From the NCBI GenBank assembly GCA_030704615.1, contig CM060731.1, positions 94,860,001 through 94,924,000 of the forward strand: 64,000 nt of DNA, read 5' to 3'. Source of the DNA: Takakia lepidozioides. Taxonomy: Eukaryota; Plantae; Bryophyta. Under the pieces are notes generated by a model that saw only the letters and a program-made list of their open reading frames with translations, was not told the origin of the DNA and did no database searches. Within the stretch, counting starts at the first letter, position 1. Each line of letters opens with the position of its first letter. Positions 1-11,217 of the stretch are shown here, one piece after another. Both the position numbers and the translations under genes were made by a program.

Positions 1-94
1 GTGTGGATGCAACAGAAAAGGTGATACATTCTTAACCAAATTGTGGTGGCAACAACTCTTTTTTGTGGTGTTTGGCGCTTACGAATATGCTGGG

Positions 95-3000
95 TGGTTG
101 GACAGACCCGGTGGCTCCAAATCTGGAATGGTTCCCAAAGTACCAGGGACATGTGGAGCTTCCCCAAACCGGACAAACTCTCTGACCCCACATTCGACAT
201 GTGGATGAACCGCATGACATGGTGGTTTCAGGTACTTCCCCACGCTTCGTTTGGGGCTTCTACTCTAGTAGGGGGTGGATTCATTGTATTTTTGAAGGAA
301 AGCGATCTGATGGAGAATCTCCACAGGTGACGACGAATGCGCAAGAGCAGCTGGACACACAAGCACATCAGTTCAAGATGGAGATATCTCCTGCAGCAGA
401 GAGCCTACGTGACTATGTGACGAGGTACTTTCTGCTCTACAAAACCAACCTATTCTTTCGGGAGATAGCAAATGCTCGCCGGAGCCACGAGTTCACCGAC
501 CAGCCGAACGCGGACAAAGCAGCAATGCGCCTTCTGTACAGGTACATACGCGCTGCCTTTCTTTCAAGTCCTTGCATTTCAGGATGTTAGAAGCCTCATG
601 TGGTGTTAGGGAAAATGGCGCCGAATTTCCAGTCAGGGCTCCGAAAATGGCTAAGTCCCTAGACTGGCTGGCCCGGAACTGGAAATTCGGCGCCATTTTC
701 CAGTTCCAGGCCCTATTGCCGTTCAGGGACTTGGCCATTTTCGGGCTAAGTCCCTAGACTGGCTGGCCCGGAACTGGAAATTCGGCGCCATTTTCCAGTT
801 CCAGGCCCTATTGCCGTTCAGGGACTTAGCCATTTTCGGGCTAAGTCCCTAGACTGGCTGGCCCTGAACTGGAAATTCGGCGCCATTTTCCAGTTCCAGG
901 CCCTATTGCCGTTCAAGGACTTAGCCATTTTCGGGCTAAGTCCCTAGGGTGGCTGGCCCCGAAGTGGAAATTCGGCGCCATTTTCCAGTTGTAGGCCCTA
1001 TTGCCGTTCAGGGACTTAGCCATTTTCGGGCTAAGTCACTAGACTGGCTGGCCCTGAACTGGAAATTCGGCGCCATTTTCCAGTTCCAGGCCCTATTGCC
1101 GTTCAGGGACTTAGCCATTTTCCGGGTAAGTCCCTAGGGTGGCTGGCCCCGAAGTGGAAATTCGGCGCCATTTTCCAGTTGTAGGCCCTATTGCCGTTCA
1201 GGGACTTAGCCATTTTCGGGCTAGATCCCTAGGGTGGCTGGCCCGGAACTGGAAATTCGGCGCCATTTTCCAGTTCTAGGCCCTATTGCCGTTCAGGGAC
1301 TTAGCCATTTTCGGGCTAAGTCCCTAGGGTGGCTGGCCCTGAACTGGAAATTCGGCGCCATTTTTCCAGTTCTAGGCCCTATTGCCGTTCTGGGACTTAG
1401 CCATCTTCGGGCCAAACCGGGAAAAATGGCGCCGAATTTCCAGTTCAGGGCTCTCAAGATGGCTAAGTCCCTAGGGTGGCAGTCACCGAAAACCGAAATT
1501 CGGCGCCATTTTTCCATTTCTAGGCCCACTCACATCCGCCCCAACCTGGGAAAATGGTGCCGAATATGCATTTCAGGGACCTCATTGTGTTTTTCATGAA
1601 TGCAGGTACTGCAAGTTCCCCTTTTGGAGAAAGGTCATCTGTCTTTCGAGCCACCATTCTTCCTGGCATGGAGGAACCTTGGGGCTGACTCCATGTACAC
1701 TGACGATATTTGTGAAGGAGTGGCATCTGGAACATTTGCGTGATTGCCCTTGGTATGTGGACCTTCCGCCCGGCTCGCTCGACCCATCCGAGTTTCAATT
1801 GAAGCTGGATGCTGAATTCCGACGAAACCGGGCTCTGCTGCCTCCGTTGGGTGCAAAAGAGGCAAAAGCGCTTGCGAACTCCAGGAAAGCGGCAGAGCTT
1901 GCTCAGGCAGGAATTCAGGAGAAATTGCATGAGAAGAGTAAAGGCCAAAGGAAAAGGACAAGAAAACAGGTGAGTGCAGTAACACCCAAAAAGAAGAAAA
2001 CCATCGGGGCAACGGAGGAGGCGCAGGAGGGGACCCAAGAGAGTGACTCGGACGACGACTTTGTTCAAGATCCTGTGACTGCTGTTGCTCCTACCCAGTC
2101 ACCGGTCGTCCGGGTTCCCAAGTCAGTTCGGAGTGGGACTGGCTCTGCCAAGAAGTTGGCATTTGAGGCCGAGCCTACACGGCGGTATTCGGCGGTGACG
2201 TTTACGCACAGGCCAAAGCTAGAACCTCCAACCATCATCCAATGCGTCAATGAGAGCTTCCTTGACGCTCTCACTGCCAGGGCGAAGAAGGTGGCACACA
2301 GCAAGTCTCTGGCGGAGCAGAAGGGGAAAGCCAAGAAGAGGGCTGGCGGTACAGAGCCTAAAGACACCCCTGGTTTTGAAGCCATGATGGAATTCTTCAC
2401 GGCTGTGAGCACGAATTGCAAGAGCACTCGGGGGGGGGTTGAGGTGGAGAGAGCTTGCGACATGATTCTCCTCGACATTCCAGATGGGGAGCTGCTGGAG
2501 GGCCTGGATGGTGTGCCCACCTAGAACAGGTTTACTGAGGACTACTGGAAAGCCGGGTTTGGGCTGGCGGGGATGCTTCTGGATGACGGTGGATGTGTGG
2601 TTGTCCTTGCCACGAGAGGGAAGACCACAGAGAATGCGGTGGCAAGGTGGACACCAAAAGTGTCACCCCGATCCTCCTCAGAAAATGGTTCTGCATCAGT
2701 ACACAGGGGTTGTGAACAGAGGGCCAAAGTGTAAGTTATCAATCTATTGCATTCACTTCATATTGTGGTGTATGTTAAGTAGACCCTGGAGTTGATCCCT
2801 TCTTTGTTGGATGTGCAGACATTGGTGTTTGAGGCATATTGCTTTGTGAAGAGAGGGTCTACGTTCAAATTCCGCAACGACGGTCGTCTTGTTGATGCCG
2901 CTGTGGACCCTGTAACCTACGATGTCCTCTACAACTATGTGCCCCACTCCAGTATGCCGAAGGACACAAAGACAGGCAAACCGTGGCGGTACAGCCGGAC

Positions 3001-3946
3001 CCGGAGCCCTGCTTTCATCCAAACCCTCATGGAGACGTGCTCGGATGTCCAAGGGCGGATTCTGGACCTTACATGCGGCACGGGTAAGCCTTCACGTGCT
3101 CAGTTTGTCCCCTGGCCCGATTGCAATTGCATGCCGCAAGCTATTAACCGCCCGCTTTGTTCCTCAGGTGCTTCAATGTGGGCAGGGACGTTGTCCGACA
3201 GGCATGTGTTCGCCTTCGAGCCAGATACTGCCCTCCACAACTCGGAACTTGCAGCGGCTGAACGTCTGCCGAAAGAGGAAGAGGCATCCTCGGAGGATGA
3301 GGAAAAATCCGAGAAGGAGTAGGGGGAGGAAGTTGGGATCGAGGCCGAGGAGCCCCCGGTTTACGAGTGAGTGGTGGCATTGTAAGTTGCCTCCAGATTT
3401 CGTGAGGCACCTCCCTCCGCTCTCTTATTTCATTGAAAACCCTTTCTGGTTGTGTTGGTATTGACATTCTTGAAGTGGATTTGTTCTTACTGTAGGATGC
3501 CAAGTACTGCCGGAGGGACGTCTACACCGGAGTTCATGGGCAGGAGGAACGTGCCTTTTTTCGCCAAGGGGGATTTCATGCCTAGTCCAGAAATGGAGTA
3601 CATCCTTCCTACTTATGCTGCCCAGCTTGCTTCGGTGTCCATTAGGAGGTGTTCCGAACGTAGTCGTGTACAGCAGATTTTAGACGAGGCAAGCCTCAAG
3701 AAAATGAAGATGAGGGAGGAGGCAGCATCTATTAGAGCCCGTCGGGCTCGTAGATTTGTCTTGGATTCTGCTGAGGAAAGTGGGGGAGAAGATGCAGAAG
3801 ATTCCCAGGAGGTGAGGTGGACAGTCCCCCAAGGAGAGGATGGGATTTTTGAGAGGCATAGTGGAACTGATGCATCACAGAGCTCGGAGGATGAGGGGGA
3901 TGAGGAAGAAGGTGGGGCAAGTTCCTCGGAGGGTGTAGGAGAGTAG
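95..3946 (+). pseudogene. Spliced beta-class N4-cytosine/N6-adenine DNA methyltransferase-like gene (degenerate, 5' part outside window)
   Basis: Exons ~95-231, 327-541, 1606-~2730, 2819-3083, 3168-~3366 and ~3544-3946 with GT-AG junctions. Motifs: DMILLDIPDG (2474-2488, motif IV position), GMLLDDGGCVVV (motif VI), RSPAFIQTLMETCSDVQGRILDLTCGTG|ASMWAGTLSDRHVFAFEPD (motifs X-I-II). TGG>TAG stop at 2522-2524 and frameshifts. Colinear with 58390-61296. Confidence 0.75.
612..1570. repeat. Intronic tandem array of a 95-bp hairpin unit (~8 copies plus flanking partial units) centred on CTGGAAATTCGGCGCCATTTTCCAG
   Basis: Unit starts (CTAAGTCCCT-like) at 651, 746, 841, 936, 1031, 1126, 1221 and 1316. 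Each unit is self-complementary (CTAAGTCCCT...AGGGACTTAG). Confidence 0.95.
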
Positions 3947-4167
3947 TGCCTATTCCGGCTATGACAGTTAGAACACACTTGTATAGACGTGGCTTGCCAC
4001 AAAATTTGCAATAAAATGTTGCATTTCAAGTCCACTGGTGCCACATTCCAACTTCACATGACCCTATTTCCGTGCCTCCTAACCCTATTTCCGTGGACTC
4101 ACAATGGTCTGCTCATGCTTTTTTTTTTTCCGCTCATGCTCATGCCGCTCATGAAATAGCAGCCCCC

Positions 4168-6045
4168 GGTCCTCGCCCTTGATCTGCTCTGGCATTATTT
4201 TTATAATCCTGATTCCTTGGTTGATAATTCCCCCTTGGATTACCCTGATAGTTGCCCCTGGGATTGCCTTGGTAATTCCCTCTTGGATTACCTCTCCCTT
4301 CCATACCATTGTTATAACCACCAGGCCTACCATAGTGGTCCTGATCACTGTTTCTTCTTGGTTGGGGCTGCACTTGATGCACCCTTACTTGCCTAGGTTC
4401 TCTTGCAGCCGTCCTTCTGTTGTAATAACAATTCTCAATAGAATGGTTATCCATTTTACAGATAGTACAGTGTTTCTCCTTCATGTGGCATTCAGATGTG
4501 GTATGGCCTTCATTCTGGCATTTTGCACACCAAACACCCTTCCTCCAATGTGTTGTAGCCTCTGTGGCGTACTTCTTCAAGATCTCTTCCAATCTTTTCT
4601 CATAGTTATCCCTCTTCAACTTTTCCTTCTTCTTACTCTTCCTCTTGAGCTCTTGCTCTTCTTCCTCATCTGACTCCTCCTCACTCATCATCCCGTTTCT
4701 CTCTCCTGAGCATTCCCAATTGCTCAATTTTGTTAGCTGTTTCAAATGCCTCCTCCACTGTATTATGGGGTAGCATATCCACTTTCTTTTGCAACTCTGG
4801 TCTTAGTCCACTCACAAACCAAGTCTTCTATAACCCTGGTGCTGGTACAGCAGCCAACTTTTTCATCATTAATTCCATCTTTCCAATGTACTCTTCAACA
4901 GTTTCATGCTTCTTTTGCCTTAACTGTTGTAAACTTCCATACACTTCGTCCTCAGTTTTGCTTGTCCTGAACCTATTTCGGAATGCCGTACTAAGGCCAT
5001 TCCAGGTCAGGAAATGATTATCAGGGAATCTTGTATACCATTCACTTGCTTTCTTAATAAGTGAACATGGAAACAGTCTCATCTTGGCATCATCGCCATT
5101 TTCATTGTTCACAATACACATGTGGTCAAATTGACTGATGTGTACATCAAGATCCCATTTTCTTGCATATATTGGAAAAGATGGTTTTGCCCGTGTTGGT
5201 TGTATCGCCATCTGTGGCCCTACACCCTGCCCACTGACAGGTGTTGGTCCCCCTACTGGTGCTGGTCCTTGAGGACCTGTTGTAGTAGTGGTGGAACTCC
5301 CACCAGGTGCTGGCCCTTGAGCACTCCCTGCTACTGACCCCACTATATTCACATTATTCCCAGCTCCAGTTGCACTACTTCCCACACTCCCTGTCCCCCC
5401 AGAGCCAGATCCAGGCTGCCCGCCTGATCCCTCTGAGCCGACATCTTCGTTGGCCTGTGATCCAAGTGCTCCACTTGATCCAAGTCCAACAGGTTGGGAT
5501 GTCCTGGTCATAGTCTCAACCTCAACTGTTGGGTCTACTTCTTCATACTCTTTATCTTCCAATTTCTTCTCTTTGTTTTCATCTTCCAAGTTCTGCCCTT
5601 GGGTTTCTTCTTCTTCACTCATGTAACTCAATTGCAATGGTGTTGGAGAGTCTGAACTCTCCATTGGCTCTGCCACATCCTCCCCTCCTTCTTCGTCTTC
5701 CGTTTCAGAAACTGGAGTTCCTGCTTTTGGTGTTCCATGCCAACTCTTATCAAAGATTTCTGTCAAATCTTTTATCCAGGGATGTACCTCAGATCTCTCC
5801 CCTCGTGGCTGATCTTCTTCCTGTACCAATTCCCTTAATCTTTCTTGTAAAGAATAAGAAGGAGTGGCATCCAACTCTAGTTCTTCCGGTATGGGTGATG
5901 TATTCTCTGATCTTAATGGTGTGAGAGGTCCAAATGATTCCCCTATGTCTATTCCTCTCTCCCAAATATATGGATAATTAGCTTTCAGATAATTTTATCT
6001 TTTTGCTGAATATCTCTGGAGTCTAGCTTCTCTTTCATCACTCAT
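4168..6045 (-). pseudogene. gag: Ty3/gypsy Gag (retrotrans_gag plus two CCHC zinc knuckles), disrupted
   Basis: AKMRLFPCSLIKKASEWY...TWNGLSTAFRNRF...LRQKKHETVEEY; knuckles CAKCQNEGHTTSEC and CTICKMDNHSIENC. In-frame stops. Truncated at 4167 by the DNA transposon. Confidence 0.85.
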
Positions 6046-6065
6046 GTCCCATGTCTTTCATATCT

Positions 6066-6630
6066 TTAATGAGGCAATAACCAAAACTCTCTCCTGTAGT
6101 ATCTCTCGTATATGCCCGGATTTCTTTCAAGCTTCAATGCACCCTTGGCTATACTAGAGGTCTCTGTTACCATATATCCATATGGCAAGCATGTCTGAAA
6201 AGCTGTTCTTGGTGTCAGTTTGATCCACAGGATATCCTTAGGAATCCAATTCTTTACCAGTACAAGCTCTTCATGCATATGAGTGTAAACATTCACTTTC
6301 CTTTCCTCCCAGCCTTCAAACCCTACTCGCTTAATGGATAGCAATGTTATCACATAAACCAGTGTTGGTAACCAACGTGTTCTCCCTCTACAGGCCACCT
6401 GATAAATCTTTATCACTCCTTTCTCCAGACCCCACTCAGGGTTAGCATCATGCACTCTCTTAAGAATGTTTTCTTTACAACCGTCTGGCAATTCCAAGAA
6501 CCTCTGAAAGAATTGTTTGGACAATCTTTCCTTCGCAGTTCCATAGGGAATTTGATTCACATCAAATTCTTTAATTCTCCAACCACCATGATCCCACCAG
6601 ATGCCTGTCACATTTGGTTGTTCATGACCC
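6066..6630 (-). CDS. Extra ORF between PBS and gag (Ogre/Tat-like ORF1), unknown function
   Basis: Open frame 6066-6761 running from the LTR through the PBS to just upstream of gag. No recognisable domain. Confidence 0.4.
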
Positions 6631-6633
6631 AGT

Positions 6634-6651
6634 TCCCCGGTATGGTCGCCA
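6634..6651 (-). other. Primer binding site (TGGCGACCATACCGGGGA, tRNA-Arg-like)
   Basis: Begins TGG 2 nt after the LTR terminal CA on the minus strand. The tRNA assignment is tentative. Confidence 0.7.
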
Positions 6652-6653
6652 AA

Positions 6654-7647
6654 TGTCGAGCGGTTTTTACTCACCCATCCCTTCGCTATCCGAGGTGGAA
6701 ACTCCAAGATAGAAGAGTTGGATATCTCTAAGCACTCAGCCAGCTCAGAACAATCAGTCATGACCTACAGCTAGTGAATCATGGTTGTGCTTCCTATTTG
6801 TATTTCTTCTTGCCTTCATGTTAGCAATTTACCTTACTGTGTATACTGAAGCATCAGATTGCTTCAGTATCTACCAGGTTCCATTCACTCATCCATTCAT
6901 TCCACAGCTTCACTCATGTGTCTCTACACAGTGTGATTGTATCGAATAAGTATTAGATTATGATTTATCAGGTATCAGGCCAATGCCATGGTGTCTCTAA
7001 TCTGCCCTACAGTATCATTACAACTTTGCATGTAACAAACATCTACTATTCATCTTTCCTCCTTCACCGTGCTCTCCATCCTTGCTCACCCGTTCTTGTA
7101 CTCCGCCTGATCTTCTCTCATGCACTTCACAAGAAGCGCTCCTCGTGAAGTGATCCCCTACCTGGTGTTTCTATGCCTAATCTACCTGCAAGCTGTTCCA
7201 ACCGCCTAACTAACTAACTGTCACCCCTGAAGTAACACGTTCCCTCTACAGATGTCGTTCCCACACAGTAGTTCCCTGCTAATGATAACCGTTCCCTCCG
7301 TGCACTGTGACGGGCTGTGCCAAACTGTGTTGGGCTGTGACTGTGTCGAGTTGTGACTGGCTGTGTAAAGCTGTGTCGTGCTGTGTCGGGCTTTGATAAG
7401 TTGTGATAGGTTGTATTGAGCTGTGTCGTGTTGTGACTGGCTGTGCGTAGCTGTGTTGGGCTGTGATAAGCTGTGATAGACTGTGACGGGCTGTGTCGGG
7501 CTATGATAACCCATGACTTGACTGTGTGAGCCTGTCTATCACCCCTAAACCTGTGTGGCCTAAGTCTACCATCTGTAAGTCTGCGCAAAATTAAGGGTAC
7601 CCCACAGAACCCATAAAAGCGTCTAAGTCCCAAATAGCCCTCTAACA
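6654..7647 (-). mobile_element. 5' LTR (~994 bp) of gypsy element
   Basis: TGTTAGAGGG...CCGCTCGACA on the minus strand, followed by the PBS. Homologous to 39144-40192. Contains ~10-bp CACAGC-type repeats (7305-7510). Confidence 0.9.
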
Positions 7648-8154
7648 CTTCTTTCTTCCCTGGTTGATGAGTGCCTTCTGGTGGTGGACATTTGACACAG
7701 CTGAGGTTTTGTTGTGTTTGGGTGGTGCAGTGTGTGGCTTCACATTCTGAGACCCGGGCTCTCTTCCTCAATGGTATGCTCCACTACCTTGCAATTTTTG
7801 GCTACCTATGGTTTTGCCTAGAGAGTTGTAAGCAGGCCCTAATGGCCCCTGTTCTAAATGAGAAGAATGGGCATGGCTTCTCAAGATATAGGGAAGCTGT
7901 TTAGCTTAACTACTTATGGCAGATCCTAATGAGTCCATCCATTCACCCTTCTGTTTTGACAGATTTCTCAACACAACAATGGGATCTACAAATTCTTGGG
8001 TGGTGCTACAAGGACTTAGCTACACTAAAGGAAAAAGGAGAGGGGGGGGGGAAATATACTCATAAGACGTTAATTGCCATGGCCATAGACATGGAAACAG
8101 CAGCCTCAGCAGCATGGTGGGGGGGGGGGGGGGGGGGGGGGGAAAGAGGTGCTA

Positions 8155-8335
8155 GTTGGTAACCGAAAACTTATGACACAGTTTTGCATTGAGATCTCAG
8201 TAGATGCCTGTGATATCTTGCAAGAAACTGAGACTCTCCCAAGAATAGGCGTCTTGGTTGCAATTGGCAAGGAACTGATTGGAGCAATTGCTATTGCTGA
8301 TCCTATAGAACTTGAAGCAGCTGCTTTGAGGTTCG
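8155..8335 (+). pseudogene. P1B heavy-metal (Cu) ATPase fragment (HMA5/RAN1-like)
   Basis: VGNRKLM...GVLVAIGKELIGAIAIADPIELEAAA matches the N/P-domain junction of plant HMA ATPases. Isolated fragment. Confidence 0.7.
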
Positions 8336-8645
8336 CTACACTTCTTTGTGTTGAACTCAATCCACTGAAGACATTTCTATTGATTTAGAGGCAATTCTAG
8401 GGCTCGAAGTGAAGTTTAAGTTAGGTGTAGGAGAACCATATGCGACAGGTTTTTTTTTGGTTCTAATCATGGTCGTTACAGACTCATGAGTTTGTGCATT
8501 GTAAGGGACGGTTTTGAGATATTGTCTTAATACAATGTCACGCGCTCTTCATCATGTTTATTTCTTTTCGTGCTTTGATGGGATGGTCTGTATGTTCTCC
8601 AGCCTCAATCACATCCGCAAGATCAGTGGCTGTGTGCAGGGGATT

Positions 8646-9378
8646 GTGTTGATTGCAATGTTGTAGTAGGGCCATCGTAGCATCTGTGTTGCTATTCGGA
8701 GACAATAGAAATAGTATTGCACATGTATGAACTACAAGTCGCAGCCCCCAAGTCACTGCAACCACTACGAGTGCTTGGTTCCCAACCCACAGTCGATCTA
8801 TATCACTAGCGAAGTAGGCATTTCAAACCTCCAGTTGCACCTGTCACTTCAACAGAAACCACTGCAAGTGGTTCCCCTAGTTGTCGACTCCACTTGCGAG
8901 TCGTCAAGGCAACCAGCAGACAACTCACCGCGCCACGTGGTGTGGGCTTAGGCTTGCTCGTGTCCTGCCTCCAATAGAACACGTGGCGTTCTGACATATA
9001 GCCACGCGGTTGTGTTGATTGCAATGTTGTAGTAGGGCCATCGTAGCATCTGTGTTGCTATTCGGAGACAATAGAAATAGTATTGCACATGTATGAACTA
9101 CAAGTCGCAGCCCCCAAGTCACTGCAACCACTACGAGTGCTTGGTTCCCAACCCACAGTTGATCTATATCACTAGCAAAGTAGGCATTTCAAACCTCCAG
9201 TTGCACCTGTCACTTCAACAGAAACCACTGCAAGTGGTTCCCCTAGTTGTCGACTCCACTTGCGAGTTGTCAAGACAACCAGCAGACAACTCACCACGCC
9301 ACGTGGTGTGGCCTTAGGCCTGCTCGTGTCATGCCTCCAATAGAACACGTGGCGTCTTGACATATAGCCACGCGGTTG
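8646..9378. repeat. Direct tandem duplication of 366 bp
   Basis: Near-identical ORFs at 8727 and 9093 (offset 366) and matching nucleotide blocks. Confidence 0.9.
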
Positions 9379-10549
9379 TCTCACTTGCGTGAACACCGTG
9401 GGGAAGTCGCACCCCTCGGGTCAAACGTCCACTGTGGTCAAGGTCCAAGATTCAGTTAACGCGGCGCACGGCAGTGCCACGTGCCCCCCCCCCCCCCCCC
9501 CCCCCCCCAAGAAAATTTAACCGCAGTCGGCGGAACGACTGACCGGAAGCACTCCAACCACGTCATGACCGAAGCAACTGGGCTGTTCGAAGAGACTAGT
9601 CTGTTGGCACTCCGAGTCGCCCAACCGTTTCCCAGTCATTTTTTGTTTGAAACGACTCATTTTCCAGTCGTTTCTCGAGTCGTTATTTCGGCGATTCCTT
9701 GTAGTTCGAAACTTCTTTCAACGGAGCAACTCATGTTTAATCCTAAACGTAGGTCTATTGTTACGTATTGTGCTTCTCCTTCACGCCTCCACTTCCTAGA
9801 GTACTCCCAGACTAACATTTGTCGTGTCCAGTGACACAAACCACTCGTGATGGGATCGTCCTGGATGCGCAAGATGATACTCCCCAATTTTGGCTTACAA
9901 TTTCATGACCGAAAGTACATCAAGCCCACCCGGTAACCAACTGATCACAATGTCCTCAGACCTTCCCACAAACACACCTTGCATAGCCCCTTCCAGACCC
10001 ACTGTCCGGTGAAATTCATGTGAAGACGTCTGAACATGGTTACGATCGACGGTCTCTTCCCACTGTTTTCTGACGTTGTTCCATGACCACCACATGCAGC
10101 TTCTCCAACTTGTCCTCTGCCTCATGAAGATGATGATTCCCGTGGCTTTTGTGACTACTAGATCTACAATAGACAATACGAAACCCCCAGTCCATCTCCC
10201 CTTGTTGGTCAATTTCTCCGCTATTTCCCTGGTGCAGATCCTTGCTCTCATCTTCCTCTCCACTTCTTTCCACACCAGTGCATCACCTGTTTGTGGCACA
10301 TAGGGCTCCATCGCTGCCTGTACAACAAATGCGGGCCGATGTGCTCTTATATATGTTTTCAACCCGACAACCACAGTCCATATTTTGAATTCAAAATTTT
10401 GAGCACAATGTATTCTGCAATACATGAATACATGCTAACGATCGCTATGATTTTCACTGACAATTACGACTCTGCTGGTGCAGTATCCACTGCACACCAT
10501 GATGGGGATTTTAATGAGACATTTGCCCCCTTGCCAAGTTCACCACCAT

Positions 10550-10760
10550 TCGATGCATTCTTGCAATTGGAGCAGCCATGGATTTGGAAGTCCACCAAAT
10601 GGATGTGAAGACGGCATTCTTGAATGGAGAGTTGGAGGAGGACATCTTCATGGACCAGCCCCCGGGGTTTGTGCAAGAAGGCCAAGAGCATCTTGTGTGC
10701 AAGTTGAAGACGTTGTATGGGCTGAAGCAATTCCCAAGGGCATGGTACTGCCACCTTCTT
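10550..10760 (+). mobile_element. Ty1/copia reverse transcriptase fragment
   Basis: HQMDVKTAFLNGELEEDIFMDQPPGF...LYGLKQFPRAWY. Confidence 0.9.
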
Positions 10761-11191
10761 TGCAGGCTTCTCGCTAATCACAAATTAGGACAATCAGGAT
10801 TCCAATCTGTAAACTACACGCACAGAGCAAATCCACGGCCCAAATTTCTTCCAACCTCCACCCTACTTTTTAGAGTGGAGAGGCTGTAGTGTGCTGCTAG
10901 GCTTGCTCACTAAGGAGGTGCGTTAGTGGAGGGAAGAGCGGTGGCACATTAAGGCTCCCTCACAAATCTGAAACCCTAAAATAGAAGATGTAAATCTGAA
11001 AGGCCAGGTGTCTAGAAACCTGAAACCCTAATGTACATCTGTCCAACATGTAGGGATTCAAGAAGACACGTGTCCTCATTCCAAAATTCTCTTTACTTCA
11101 TAGTTTACATCAAAGAGAGACCAGAACTTCAAGTTTTTCTCTACTTCCTTATAACAAAAGAAATGAAGAGATTTTGAACATCCAAGGATTT

Positions 11192-11217
11192 AGAGAGAGA
11201 GAGAGAGAGAGAGAGAG
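11192..11217. repeat. (GA)n microsatellite
   Basis: Direct reading. Confidence 0.9.

Larger units (their letters stand above)
1..4167 (+). mobile_element. Right part of a DNA-methyltransferase-carrying DNA transposon (copy A), inserted into a gypsy gag
   Basis: Ends in GCTCATGAAATAGCAGCCCCC (to 4167), identical to 63619-63639. Gag coding sequence begins immediately after. Contains an MTase-like gene and a palindrome array. The left end lies outside the window. Confidence 0.75.

Noticed and set aside
493-1599. Many short ORFs in the palindrome arrays (also 43563-45180 and 61364-62139)
   Set aside because: Translations of tandem repeats on both strands; not credible proteins.
9895-10425. 176-aa minus-strand ORF
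   Set aside because: No recognisable motif or second copy; a product cannot be supported.
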